Assembly (NCBI GenBank): GCA_014905635.1
Contig: CM026547.1
Location: forward strand, 4,464,001-4,528,000
Length of the DNA: 64,000 bases
Reading direction: 5' to 3'
Source of the DNA: Scenedesmus sp. PABB004
Taxonomy: Eukaryota
Of this stretch, positions 21,895-35,494 are shown piece by piece (the first letter of the stretch is position 1; each line of letters starts with the position of its first letter). The position numbers and the translations under genes were made by a program. The notes under the pieces are model-generated. The model saw nothing but the letters and a program-made list of their open reading frames with translations, searched no databases and was not told where the DNA came from.

Positions 21895-23626
21895 CCCCCT
21901 CGCCACGTTGCATCGTGACGAATGGTCCCCCAACTTGATCGCTCTCTGTCTGCACAGGGCCTGGCTCGGTCGGTCTGGCGGCCGAGGCGCGCGGAGCGGC
22001 AGCGCGCCCAGCGCGCGCTGCCGGCGCCGCCCCGGCGCAGCCCCCTTGGTCGGCGTTGGCGCCGCCGCGCGCGTGCTGGCCGCGTGCGCAGCGGCCGCCC
22101 ACACTCCTGGTGGGCGGCTGCAGCGCCGGGTGCCCGCCCCGCGCGGCTTAGTAGTTGTTTGTGGTTGACCCGCAGGTCTCAGCAGGTCTCAGCCGGGGAG
22201 TGGAGGACTCGCTTGCGACTGCCGTCGTCGTGCTGGTCCGGCCGCGTGCCGGGCTGCGCGGGCAGAGTGCGGGGGCGCGCATGAGCCGCGCCGCGCCGCC
22301 GGTGTGCCGCCGCTTGAGCAGCAGCACTAGTCCAACGGATGGCCACAGCCTCTCCAACGACGCGCGATGCGGTTGCTGTTGGTCCTACAGACCACGCCCG
22401 CTGTCTGGCACCTGCTGCGCGCGCCCGCTGCAGGCGCCGGCGGCCCCCCGCCGCCGTGAGCCTGCCGCGGGCGCGGGCGCGCCGTGCCGGCGGGCAGAAC
22501 ACTCTCTCTGAGGCGGAATCAAAGGATTCGCCGCGCCCGCGGTGCCGCGGGCGCGTGCATAGCGTGCATGCATCCACCACGACGGTGCGCACCCCAGGTC
22601 GCTCGCTCGCTCGCTCAATCGCTGGCCGAGTGTTGCCACGCGCCGCGCGGGGCGACGGCCCGCGCGTTGAATCTGTGCTGCGCCTTGTCGGCTCGTGGCC
22701 CTCCAAAATGAAAGGAAGGTGGCTCTGTTGTTTGTTTGTTTCGCGGCGGCGGGCAGCACTGGCAGTGAGACGCGTGTCGGGTTGCACTCCAGCGCACGCG
22801 TCACACGCTCGCGGCAACGAATTGCCGCGCGGAGCGGCAGCCTTCGCTGAGCGGCGGTGTGATGGTTGGGGGTTGGCTCTCTCTTGCTTGACGGCAGCCC
22901 GCTCCGCAGGCGGCGGCCGGTCGCTGACTCCCGGCCGCCGCCCCCCGTTACGTACGCCGTCGCGTGTGGGCGCTCTGCCGCCCCGCGACCGTTTCTTGCC
23001 GCACTGCGGGCGCGCGCGCCCCCCACGCGGGGCGCTGTGCCGCCGCAAACGCATGCACCTCCCCGACCGACAAGGAACGCTGACTGCATGACCTGGACCC
23101 CGACAGGCACGCGCGCGTGTGGAGCGGAGCACGCCGACGGTTGGGGCGCCAGCCCCATGGTTTGCCAAGCTCGTCATGTGGCCTGGGGCACGCAGGGCGG
23201 GGCACAGCCGTGGCGCTGCTGCCGCCCCCCCTCCCCCCTCCCACACACACACACACACACACAAACAACAACAACACAGCAGCCGCGCGTGTGCTTTTAT
23301 GGTTGCGCACCCGCAAACACCACACCACACACACACCACAACGCACGAAGCCGCGTCTGGGCTTGCTTGCTTGCTTGCGCCGCCGCCCCGCGCCGGGCCC
23401 GTTGAAAAGGGCAAGCTGGCGTGGGGCAGGCTCTCCGGCGCGCGCGCTGCGCCATCGTGGCCCCCGCGGCGCGCTGTGCCGCCTGTCTTGTCCCGCGCGA
23501 ACACACTCACTCCCTTCGGTCGGGGGCGCGGGCGAGTTTGGTCTGGCCGAGGACTGTCAAGGTGCCGCGTATTGGCCAGCACTGTTTGCGGCGGCGCGCG
23601 GGCGCATGCGTAACACACAGCAGAGC

Positions 23627-25409
23627 TCACCCGCCCGCTCCTCCTCCTCCCGCCTCGTCCGCGCCCGCGCCCGCCGCCGCACCGCCCGCCTCCTCCTCCG
23701 CCTCCTCCGCCGCGCCGCCCGCTGCTCCCGCCTCACCCTCCGCCGCCGCGCCCGCCGCGCAGTTGGCGAGGCGGCGCCCCACGAGGTAGCGGTCGTCTCG
23801 GATGGCCGCATGCAGCGCCGCGCCGGCGCGCGCCGCGCGGGCCGCGCCGCACCAGGCCAGCAGCGCCGCGTGGAACGCCGCGTGCGCGTACAGCTGCGCC
23901 GCCCGCAGCGCCGCCGCGGGCAGGCGCGGCAGCAGCGCCGGCAGCAGCCCGCGCGCGAGGACGTACGGCAGCGCGAGGCTCGTGCACAGGCGGAGCAGCA
24001 CGGGGCCGACGACCTTCGTCAGCGCGCGGCGGAAGTCGAGCCCCGCCAGCCCCGCCGCGGCGACGGCCTCAGCGTGCGCGTGCCACGCGTCGGCGTTGAC
24101 CCGCGGCGGCGCGCCGCCGCGGCGCGGCGCGCCCAGCGCGGCGAGCACGTGCCACAGCTTGAGCGCGAGCACGCCCAGCACCCAGTCCTGCGCCGCGGCG
24201 CGGCGGCGCGCGCGGGCTCGGCGGCGCGGCGCGCGAGCCCGGCGCGCGCGCCCAGCGCAGCGCGGGAGCCCAGCGCCGCGTGCTGCGTTGGGGAGGTGAA
24301 ACACCTGTCTCACCTGATAGAGGAAGATCAGGGCGGTCTGGTTGGGCGGCAGCCTCAGCGGCAGCAGCACCAGCTCGCACAGCATGCCCAGCAGCGTCGC
24401 GACGACGCCAAGCCAGAGCACGAGCAGCAGCGCGCACTGGCCCGCGAGCAGCAGCCAGCGGCCCACCGCGGACGCGAGCGCGCGCGCGTTGGCGCCCGCG
24501 CTCGCCGCCGCGCCGCGCGCGAGCGCGGCGCCCGCCCAGAGGGCCACGAGGCCGATCGCTCCGGTCAGCAGGTCGGACTGGAACGGCAGCCGCGCCGCGC
24601 GCAGCAGGCCGCGCCCGAGCGCGACCGGCACGATCAGCAGCGCCGTGTTGGCCGCCGCCGCGCTGGCGAGCCAGAGCAGCGCCAGGCCGACGACCTTGGC
24701 CGCGTAGCTCGGCTGCGCCTCGAACCACTCGGTGCTGGGCGCCGGCGCCGGCGCGGGCGGCGGCGGCGGCGGCTGCCTCGCCCGCTGCTCATCGAGCTGC
24801 GGCTGCGGCAGCGCGCGGTGCGCCTCGCCGGGCGGCGGCGGCGCCGCCGCCGCCGCTGCCGCCGACGAGCTGGGCGCCGCTGCGCCATCGCTGCTGGTGC
24901 TGCTGCCGATGCCGCTCGTGGCGCCCGCCGCCTGCGGGGTCGTGGCCTGCTGGCCCGCCGCGGCGCCTCCTGCGGCTGTGGCCGCCGCCGCCGTCGTCGC
25001 CGCCGCCGCTGCCTCTGCCGCCTGCTCTGCCGCTGCCGCGCCCGCGCCCGCGGCGGCAGCGCCAGCGTCAAAAGGCTGCTCCCGCTGCTGCTGCTCCCGC
25101 TGCGGCTGCTCCCGCTGCGGTTGCGGCTCCAGCAGGTAATCGCGCCACCCCAGCAGCCTGCGCGATCAGCGCCGGCGGCGGCGGCAGCCGTCACGGAGGC
25201 AGGCGCGCGCCGCGGCGCGCTCGACGCACGCGGGGCCGGCGCGCGCCCGCGGCCGCCGCGCGGGGCCGCCGCGCACCCGCCAGCCCACGCGAGCCACCAG
25301 CGCAGCGCGGCCTTGAGGCCCTCCCGCACGCGCACGTGCTCCAGCGTGAGCGGCGCGAGGATGTGCAGCAACAGCATGTCCGCGGGCACCTGCCGCACGC
25401 GCCGCAGCA

Positions 25410-25443
<34 letters not shown>

Positions 25444-28035
25444 GGGCTCGGGACAGGGCGCGCGCCCAGTGCCGCCCCCGACCGCGGCCGAGCCGGGCGC
25501 GCCCCGCCGCCGACCGCACCTGTGTGACGGGGTCGAAGAGACCCACGCGCAGCGGCCAGAGCGCCGGGGCGAGCGCGCGCGCGGCGAGCGCCGGCACGTG
25601 CACCAGCACGACGCAGAGGCCTGCGGCGCGCGCGGGGTCAAAAGCGGCGGCGGGCCGCCCGTGCCGCCCGCGCCCCCGCGCGCGCGCTCCCGTGCAGCAG
25701 CGGCAGCGGCGCTCACACGCGCCGACCGCCCAGGTCGCCGCCACGCGGCCGAGGTAGCGCGGCAGCGGCTCGCGCAGCATGTCGGCAAACGGGTTGCGCT
25801 CGCCCGCGGCGAGCTCCTGAAGGCGCGGCAGCGCGCCGGCGCGCAGTGTATCTCGGAGTACGACCAGCACAAACGCCGCGCCGAGCAAGCAGCCCACGCC
25901 GAGCACCCAATGTAGAAAGCCGGCGATCAGCGGCGCGGCCGCGAGCGCCTCGCCGCGCGCGCCGACGCTGTGCGCGGTGAGCGGCAGCGCGCACACGTCC
26001 ACCCACAGCCCCGCCGCGAGCGGCGCGGCGACAAACTCGAGCGCCAGCAGCAGCGCGACCTTGGCGCCGCGCGCGGCGAGGCCCGCCGCGGCGAGGCACC
26101 AGCGCGCTGACGAGCGCAGGACCTGTGCCGCGCCGCAGCGGCGTGGGCATCCGCGTGGGCGCAGGCGCAGGCGCGCGCCTCGCCCGTCCCGCCCCCAGGA
26201 CGCGCCGCGTGCGCTCGCGTGCGCGCGCGCGCGCGCGCCGCACCTGCAGCAGCGGCCGCCGCCCGCCGGCGCGGCGCACGCGCGCGCTCGCGACGCGCCA
26301 CAGGCGCACCGACAGGAACGCCCACACCGCGGTCGCGAGCAGCGCCGCGAGCAGCGCGTGCCCCGCGCTCAGCGCGACGACGTCGGCGCGCGCCGGCAGC
26401 TCCAGTTGCGCGCTCAGCTCGTGCAGCAGCTGCTCCAGGCTCACCGGCATCAGCGGCAGCGCCTCTGCCGCCGCCAGCTGCAGCACGGCGTCGGCGCTGC
26501 CGCCGCTGCCGGCGGTCGCCGCGGCCGCCGCGGCGGCGGCGCCCCCGGCCGGCGCCTCGTCGCCCGCCGGCGGCATGCCGGCGAGCACCGCCAGCGCCAC
26601 CCCCAACAGGCGATGCATGGCCGGGTGCCGCCTGAGCGCGGCCTGCAGCGCCACCAGCTGCGCGGGGCTCAGCGCGGCGGCCGCCGCGGCCGCGGCCGTC
26701 AGCAGCGCGCGCCCGAGCGCCAGCGGCAGCAGCACCAGCGCGAGCATGGCAAGGGCGTTGCCCACGAGAACCAGCGCGACGGTCTCGGCGAACGCCAGCC
26801 ACGAGCCCTGCAGCCCGAGCAGCTCCTCGACCGGCACATCAGCAAACGCGTCGCCCTCGCGGGGCCCGCCGCCGGCGGCGGGCTCCGCCGCCTCGCCGAC
26901 GATCGCGTCGATCATGATGGCCGGCGCCAGCACCGCCAGCGCGACGGCGGCGCCGTGCGCGTCCAGCGGCGGCTGGCCCTGCGCCCGCTCGGGCTGCAGC
27001 AGCGGCTGGGCCTCGCCCGCGTCGCCGGCGTCGCCCGCGTCGCCGTCGCCCCCGCCCCCACCCTCGGCGGGGGCGGCCGCCGGCCCCGCCGCGTCGCCGC
27101 CCGCGGCGGGCGGCGCCGCGGGCGCCGGCGCGAGCTGCTGCTCGAGGCCCGCGAGCGCGGCCTTCAGCTGCTCCTTGAGCGCGGAGAGCCCCACGTTGAG
27201 CAGCACCACCGCGATGCACAGGAGCGACCCCGAGACGCAGTCGGTGGCGACCGCGAGCACGTGGCTGCGCTCGCGCAGCAGGCGCGGGGCGTCGGCGAGG
27301 GAGCGGAGGAAGCAGAGCCGCCAGACCGCGCACGTCACCCACGGCACCAGCACCAGCCACACGCACGACACCACCCACACCTGCCGCGCGGGCGGGGGCG
27401 GGCGCTCCTGGGCCAGGCCGCCGCGCGGCGCGCTGCGCTGCGCCGTGCTGCGCCGCGCTGCGCCGCGCTGCGCCAACCCGTGCCGTGCTGCACTGCACTG
27501 CGCCGCGCACCCGGTGAGCGACCCTGGCCGCGGCGGCGGCGCGCTTGACCAGCCCCGCCGCGAGCTCGTGCCAGGGGAGCTTCAGCGGAGCGTCGTCGCG
27601 ATAGATCGGCGTGAACTTGAACTCATGCTTGCACACCTTGCAGGACGCGCGCCGCGCGCGGGGTGAGGTGGCGGGGCGGGCGAGGCCGCGCGGCCGAGAG
27701 CGCGCGCGTGCGCCCTCGCACCTCGCAGTGCGTGTTGCCGCTGTGCTCCAGCCAGTGCAGGAGGCACGACTGGTGCACGTACTTGATAGAGCCGGCACAC
27801 CTGGGGCCGCCGGGCGCAGGGCGCGGGCGTGAGCGAGCGCGCAGCGCCGTCGGCTGCTTCCGCACTCGCGCGCGCGCGCAGCGGCGGCGGCGGCGGCGCA
27901 CATGCAGGGGTAGAACAACGCCTCGCTCCCGCCGCAGCGGCAGATGCGGCAGACGTCGCTGTCCTCATCCTCGCTGTGGTCGTGCCCCGCGTGGTCGTGC
28001 GCCGCGGGCGGCGCGACGGCAGCAGCGGCGGCCAT
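23627..28035 (-). CDS. SUD1: RING-CH multi-TM ERAD E3 ubiquitin ligase (SUD1/MARCH6/Doa10 family), multi-exon
   Basis: [48 protein letters not shown]; many TM segments; C-terminal [12 protein letters not shown]. Confidence 0.9.
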
Positions 28036-28378
28036 TCGCGTCGCGCCCGGCCGCGCCTGGCCGCGCGCTCGCCCAGCTCGCTACGGCGACGCTACGGAGA
28101 CGCCGCCATGCGGAGGTACACGGCACGGCGAGGCTGAGAGAGCGAGGGAGCGGCGCGCGGCGGTGGCGGCGCTGCGCCGCGGGGCTGGCGCTGCGCGCAC
28201 GGCGTGCGTCTGCCACAGGGCGCGCCCGCGGGGCGTCCGCGGGGAGCAGGGAGACGGCCGACGGGGGCGGCGGGTGCTGCGCGACGAGCTGCGCGGTTTG
28301 GGCGACTGGCGCCGCGGCGGCAGCGCTCCGGCGCCTGCCGCGGTGCGGCGCGGCCGCGGGTGCGCCACTGCTGCTGTG

Positions 28379-28379
<1 letters not shown>

Positions 28380-28430
<51 letters not shown>
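28380..28430. repeat. (CTG)17 microsatellite, intergenic or UTR
   Basis: Uninterrupted CTG run seen directly. Confidence 0.9.
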
Positions 28431-28431
<1 letters not shown>

Positions 28432-28679
28432 GCCCAGCCTGGCACGCCAAGCCCGCGCGGGGTGCTCCGATCAGTCGCCCGCGCAACCTCCCAACGCCCC
28501 CCCCCTGCAGCCCGCGCCAGCCCGCCCGCCCCCTCCGCCCGCATCAACGCAGCGCCGCCAGCTGCAGTGCTGCCGCCGCGCTCCCAGCGGCGGCCACGCC
28601 GCTCCTGCGCCTGCAGGAGCCGCGCGGCGCGCGCCGCGCCGGCCGGCCGCGCGCCAGCCGCTGCTGGCGCCAGCCGCGC

Positions 28680-28722
<43 letters not shown>

Positions 28723-28808
28723 GGCTCGGCCGTGCGCGCGCCCTGTTCCCGGGGGCGCTCGCTGCTGGTCCGTGCGCTCAATTGGCGCTCGCTCGGCGCC
28801 GCCGCCGC

Positions 28809-29440
28809 TCAGTACTGCTGCCCCGACAGGTAGTCGCCCAGGTTCTCCACGACCACGTTGCACTCCCCTGGCTGCACGGGCTCGTTGTAGATGCCGATCA
28901 CGAGCGCCGTGTTGGTCTGGGTGCGGCGGCGGCGGCGCGGCGCAGCTTCAGCAGCGCCGGCACGCGCACGCATGGGCACGCGCACGGGCGCGCGCGCGAT
29001 CGGCGGGCCCTCTGCGCCGGCCCGGGCCCTGCGCGCGCCCCACGAGCGCCCCGGCGGCGCGGCGGCGCGGCCGCGCGAGCGCGGGCGGCGCGTGCGCGGC
29101 AGAAGCAGCAGCAGCGGCAACCGCCGCGCCGCACCTTCTTGATGCAGCAGCCGCCGCCCGTCGACTTGCCGCGCATGACCGTCTCGTCCCCCGGCACGAC
29201 CTGGAACTTCTGGTCGCCCAGGAAGATGCCCTTGCCGCCCAGCTCGCCGGCGTGGCCGTCCTTCTCCAACGAGGCGAAGCCCGTCATCAGCGCGGCCACC
29301 TGCTCCGGCGTGACGGCCGGGAAGGCCTCGCTCTGCGCCCACACGCCGCCGTCCTGGCCCACGATGGCCGAGGACGTGAGCTTGCCGCCCGTGTTGGGCA
29401 GGTCGACCATCAGGTGCTCGATGTAGCCGTCCCACGACAT
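28809..29440 (-). CDS. PRF1: Profilin, 2 exons
   Basis: [80 protein letters not shown]. Confidence 0.95.
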
Positions 29441-29998
29441 GGCTGCTCGCTGCGTGGCGCGCTGGGGGGACGCGGCGGCCGGGCGGACTGGCCGCGACCG
29501 CGCGCTGCGGGGCGCCGGGGCGCGGCGGCGCCGCGCCGGCGCGGCGCAGCGCCGGCGGCGCAAAGCCCCGCGCGTACGCTCGGCGACGGCCGCCGCCCCC
29601 GGTCGCGGGCGCGCCAGGAGCGACTGCAGGGGCACAGCGCGACGCGCCGCGGCTCAAACGCGAGGCGCCGCCACTGCCGCCGCCGCGCGCGCTCGGGGTG
29701 CGGCGAGCGCTCGGGTGAGGGCGCGGTGGCGCGACGCCCGTGCGCCGCCGGCAGCGAGCGCTCCTGCGCGGCGTGGCCGACCGAGCGACGGAGGCGACGG
29801 GCGCAGGGGCCCCGATGCTCGTGCGCCGCGCCGCCGGTGCGACGCCGTTCGAACCCCGCGGGGCTTCGGCGTCGCCACCGCCGCCGCCGCAGCTGCCTCC
29901 CCACTCCCACTCCCGCGGCACCCTGGCTGCACACCCCCATCGGCCCGTCCGTTTGCTGGGCCGGGCCCGCGCACAGCGGGAGCAGCACTGCTTTAAAC

Positions 29999-32900
29999 AT
30001 GGCCCCCGACGCCCAGACGAGCGCGCCGGAGCTGGGCCTCGACCCGGGCACGCAGGCGGGCTTCGTGAAGTGGTTCAACGGCCTGCCGCAGGTGTGCCGC
30101 CCTGCGGGGCGCCGCGGGCGCCATCCCCGCGTGCTGCGGCTCCCCTGGGCCATGCGCGCCGCAGAGCGCCCGGCCTGCGCCCGCCGCCCGTCGGACGGGG
30201 CGCTGCGGCCGCGTCAGCGCGGGTGCGCCTCCGACCGCCGGCGCTGCTGCCGCTGCCGCGCGCTGCGCCGCTGCCGCCGCGCAGGACGCGCAGGTCGTGC
30301 GCTTCTTCGACCGCAAGGTGCGGCCCTGGCCCCCCTGCGCCGCACGGCAGCGTGGCGCGCGCCGCCCGCGCGCCGGCGCCGCCGCCGCAGCGCGCGCCGT
30401 CGGCTCACGCCGCCCGCCCGCCCCGCCCACCCGCCCGCCCGCGCGACCCGACAGGGCTTCTACTCGGTCCACGGCGACGCCGCGCTCGCGGTGGCGCGCG
30501 AGCACTACCGCACGACCGCGGTGGTCAAGTACCTGGGCGGCCCCGCGCCAAGCGCGACGCCGGCGGGCAAGGCCGCGCCGCGCGGCGCGTCCACGCCCGG
30601 CAGCGGCGGCAAGCCGGCGGGGCTGCCGTCGGTCACGCTCAACCGCGCGCTGTTCGAGTCAGTGCTGCGCGCGCTGCTGCTGGAGGGGGGCAGCACGTCG
30701 TGGAGCTGTGGGAGGGCGCGGGCGCGAGCTGGACGCTGGCCAAGTGAGGCGGCGGCGGCGCGCCGCCGCGGCGCTGGCCCCGCGCGGCGCGCGGCCGGGC
30801 GCCGCGGCGCCGTCCCACGCGCGGCGCCCGCGCGCCCGCGCTCGCAGGCAGGCCTCGCCCGGCCGCCTGGCCGCGTTTGAAGACGCGCTGTTCCGCGGCG
30901 GCGCCGGTGCGGCGGGCGACGGCGCCGGCGGGCTGTCCGCCGCGGCGGCGGGCGCCGCCGAGTCGCCGCTGCTCGCGGCGGTGTGGCTGGGCAGCAGCGA
31001 GGGGCAGCGGCTCGTGGGCGTGGCGTTCCTGGACGCCGCAGCGCGGTGAGGGGCGCCGGCGCCGGCGGCACGGGCCGCGGCCGCGCCGCGCTCGCCCCGT
31101 GCGCGCTCGCGGCGGCGCCCCACCCCGCCGTGCCGCCCCGCGCCGCGCCGCGCCCGCAGCCGCCTGGGCGCGTGCGAGCTGCCGGACGACGACCACTTTT
31201 GCTGCCTGGAGTCGCTCCTGCTGCAGCTGGGCGTGCGCGAGGTCGCGCTGCCGCGCGTGGGCGCCGGCAAGGACGGCGCCACCCAGGCCGGCGACGGCGA
31301 CGCCGGTGAGGCTGCTGCGAGCGCATGCGCGCGGCCGGGGCGGCCGTCTGAAGCCAGCTGGCGGGGCCGGTGGCCAGGCCAGGCGCCCGCCGCTCACGCC
31401 CGCGCCGCGCCGCACGCCGCCCCGCAGCCACGCCCGCAACGGGCGGCAAGGCCAGCGGCGCCGGTGCAGCCGCGGCGGCCGCCGAGGGCCGGCGCCTGCG
31501 CGACGCGCTCGCGCGCGTGGGCGTGATGGGCAGCGAGGTGCCGCGCGGCAGCTACGCGACCAAGAACCTGGAGCAGGACCTCGGCCGCCTGCTGCAGGCG
31601 CGCGGCCGGCGCGCCGCGGCCGGGCGGCGCCGGCGCGGCGCCGTGCTGCTGAGCGGCGCCGTGCTGCTGCGCGGCGCCCCGCGCTGAGCGCCGGCCGCCG
31701 CCCGCCCCCGCACAGAGCGGCAGCGTGGAGCAGCACCGGGACGTGCTGGAGCGCCCCGCCGCCGCGGCGGCGCTCGCCGGGCTGCTCGCGTTCGCCTCGC
31801 TCGGCGCGGATGCGTCGGGGCACCACCGCCACTCGCTGGCGCTGTACGACCCCGGCCAGTGCGTGGCGCGCTGCTCGTGCCCGCGCAGCGCGCCGCCGCC
31901 GGCAGCAGCAGCGCCGCGCGCGTGCCGACGCGCGCGCCCGCCCACGGCCGCGCCCGCCAGATTCATGCGGCTGGACGCCGCCGCGGTGCGCGCGCTCAAC
32001 GTGCTGCCCTCGCGCCTCGACGGCGCGGCGAGCTTCAGCCTCTATGGCATCATGTGCCGCGCCCGCACGCCGATGGGGCGCCGCCTGCTCAAGGCGCGCC
32101 GCGCCGCGCGCCGCGCCCTGCGGCGCGCGGCGCCGCGCCGCGCTGCGCCGCCCGCGGGCGCGCCCCGGGGCGCGGCACCGAGCGCCGCCGCCGCCGCCGC
32201 GCCGTGCGCAGACGTGGCTCAAGGCGCCGCTGGTGGACGCGGCCGCCATCCGGCAGCGCCTCGACATCGTGGGCGCGCTCGTCGGCGACGCGGCGCTGCG
32301 CGAGGCGCTGCGCGACGCGATGCGCGGTGCGTGCGCACACACGCCCGCGCGTCCGCGCCTGCACGCGCGCGCGCGGGCGCGGGCGCCTCGCGCAGGGGCC
32401 GCGCCGCACCCTGCCGCCACGCGCCCCGCCCCGCCCCCTCGCCCGCCCTCTCTCCCAGGCCTGCCTGACATCGAGCGCCTCACCCGCAAGCTCGAGGCGC
32501 GCCGCGCGTCGCTGGCCGACCTGTGCCAGCTCTACCGCGCGAGCAGCGTGCTGCCGCGGCTCGAGGAGGCGCTGCGCTGCCACGAGGCGCGGCGGCGGCG
32601 GCGGCCGCAGCCTGCGCCCCGCGCCGCGCGGCCGCCCGCCGGCGCTGCCGCGCCGCACACCCGCCCACGTGCCGCACGCCACCGCCACGCGCGCAGGGCC
32701 CCGCCGCGGCGCTGCTGTCGTCGCGCTACGCGGAGCGCCTGGGCGAGGCGCACGACGACGCGCACCTCACCAAGTTTGAGCTGCTGCTCGAGGCGAGCCT
32801 CGACCTCGAGGCCGTGCCGCATGAGTACCTCATCGCGCCCGCGTACGACCCGCGCCTGCAGGTGCGCGCCGCGCCGGGGCGGCGCGGGGCCGGCCGCCGA

Positions 32901-35494
32901 CGCGCCGCGGGCGCGCGAGCCCCGCGCGCAAGCTCCGCGCGGCGCCGCGGGCTGCGCGCCGACTCGCGTCCGCCGCCGCCTTGGCCGGCCGCCAGTCGCT
33001 GCGCGCGGAGAAGGAGGAGGCGGAGGCCGAGATCGCGCGCCTCGCCGCGGCGGCGGCCAAGGACCTCGGGCTGGTGCTCGACAAGACGCTCAAGCTGGAG
33101 TGGCACAAGGCCGCGCACGCGCGGTCGCGCTGCCTGCGCATCACGCAGAAGGAGGAGAAGGCGGTGCGGGCCAAGCTCAACGCGCGGTGCGGCGCACGCG
33201 GCGCACGCTGCGGCGCACGCGGCGCCAGGCGGCGCGGGCTCCCGGCGGCCGGGGCGCTCCCTTGCGCGCGCACGCTCCCCCTTCCCTGCAGCCTGGCCCG
33301 CCCGCTCGACTCCCACCCGCTTGACCCGCCCGCCCGCCCGCCGTCGCCCGCCCACCCAGGTACATCCTGCTTGAGACGCGCAAGGACGGCACCAAGTTCA
33401 CCAACCGCGCGCTCAAGGAGGCCGCAGAGGCGCAGGCCGACGTGTCAGGGCGCTACGAGGGCCTGCAGCGCGACCTCGTCGCACAGGCGCGGCCGCGGCG
33501 GCGGCGGCGGCGGCGCCGCACGCGCGCTGGCGGGCGCTCGCCGGCGCGGGCTGGCGCGCTCGCGCCGCAGCGTAGCGCGTGGGGGCCCCGCGCGAGGAGC
33601 CCGCGCCGCGCGCTGCCGCGCAGGTCGTCGCGGTCGCGGCGACGTTCAGCGAGGTCTGGGGCGGCGTCGGCGCGCTGCTGGGCGAGCTGGACGTGCTCGC
33701 CGGCTTTGCCGACCTCGCGACGTCCGACCCGACCCGGCCGTACTGCAAGCCGACGATCCTCGAGGCCGACGGCGGCGAGATCCGGCTCAAGGCGCGGCGC
33801 AAGGGGGGGGGGGGGCGGACGGCGGTCGGCGAGGCCCGAGGGCCTCGCGGCGGAGGGGGCGACCTCTTGCAGGGTCTAGGACTGCGAGGGCCCTGCGCCC
33901 AAGGGCGCGCGTGCGGGCGAGCGTCGGCCCCAGCCGCCGCCGCCGCGCCGTACCGCGCAGGGGTCGCGCCACCCGTGCGTGGAGGTGCAGGAGGGCGTGG
34001 CGTTTGTGGCCAACGACGTGAGCATGGTGCGCGGCGAGAGCTGGCTCAGCACCATCACTGGGCCCAACATGGGCGGCAAGTCGACCTTCATCCGCCAGGC
34101 GCGCCACGCCGCCGCGGGGCGCGGCGCAGGGCGGCCGCGGCGGCGGGCGGGCAGGAGGAGGGGGGCCTGCCCCCAGGGGCCGCCAGGCGCGCGGCGACCC
34201 CGCGGCGCGCCGCCGCCGCCGCCGCTGCTCCACGCCGCGCGCCGCAGGTCGGCTGCGCGGTGCTGATGGCGCAGGTGGGCTGCTTTGTCGCGGCCGACGA
34301 GGCGACCATCGCGCCGCGCGACGCCATCTTTGCGCGCGTCGGCGCGGGCGACTGCCAGCAGCGCGGCGTGAGCACGTTCATGGCAGAGATGCTCGAGACC
34401 GGCGCCATCCTGCGCGGCGCGAGCAGCAGGCGCGCCCGCGGCGCAGCGCGCGCGCGCGACGAGCGCGCCCGCGCCCGGGGCGCCGCCCGCGCGCCCGCGC
34501 CGCCGCAGCGTGGGGGCCTCTGCCACACCACACCCCACGCACCTCACACACACACACACACCTCACACACACACACCTCACACACACACACCTCACACAC
34601 ACACACCTCACACACACACACACACCTCTCACACCTCGGCAGGTCGCTGATCATCATCGACGAGCTCGGCCGCGGCACGTCGACGTACGACGGCTTTGGC
34701 CTCGCGTGGGCGATCGCGGAGCACATCATGGCGGCCATCGGCGCGCCCACGCTCTTTGCGACCCACTTCCACGAGCTCACCGACATCGCCGGCCCCGGCG
34801 GCGTCGCAAACCTGCACGTGCAGACCGCGCTCGACGAGGCCACGGGTGCGAGACGCGCGCGCGCCAGCGCGCCAGCGCTGCGCCGCAGCGGCGCAGCGGC
34901 GCACCCCCTCGTCCTCCTGCCGGCGCGCCCAAGCACGTCACGACAGCGCCACGCGCCACCAATCGGTCACGCCCCCGCGCCGCCGCCGCCTGCACCCCAG
35001 GCAAGCTGACGATGCTCTACAGCATCGCGCCCGGCGCGTGCGACCAGTCGTTTGGCATCCACGTCGCCGAGAGCGCCAACTTCCCGCCGGCCGTCGTCGC
35101 GGCGGCAAAGGCGAAGCTCGCGGAGCTCGAGGCCGCGTCGGCGGGCCGGGCCAACGACGGCACGAGCAGCGCGGAGCCGATGCAGGTCGACGGCGCCGGC
35201 GGCGCCGGCGGCGCGCGCGGCGCGAAGCGCCCGCGCGGCGGCGAGCCCGGCGAGGACGGCGACGACGCGGGCGGGCGCGACGACGCGGCGCGCGTCGCCG
35301 CGCCGGACCAGGGCGGCAAGGCCGACGCGTCGCGCGCGCGCGCGAAGCGCCTGCTGGGCGAGTTTGCTGCGCTGCCGCTGGGCACGCTCTCGGGCGGCGC
35401 GGCGGCCGAGGCGGCGCTGGCGCTGCTCGCGCGCGTGGAGGCCGAGGCGGCCGGCGACCCGCTGCTGGCGCAGCTGGTCGCGGGCGTGCGCTAG
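29999..35494 (+). CDS. MSH2: DNA mismatch repair protein MSH2, about 20 exons, apparent 1-nt frameshift at 30685-30690
   Basis: [121 protein letters not shown]. Confidence 0.95.
34530..34637. repeat. CA-rich tandem repeat (~15-nt unit CACCTCACACACACA) in an MSH2 intron
   Basis: Seen directly, upstream of the acceptor at ~34642. Confidence 0.85.
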
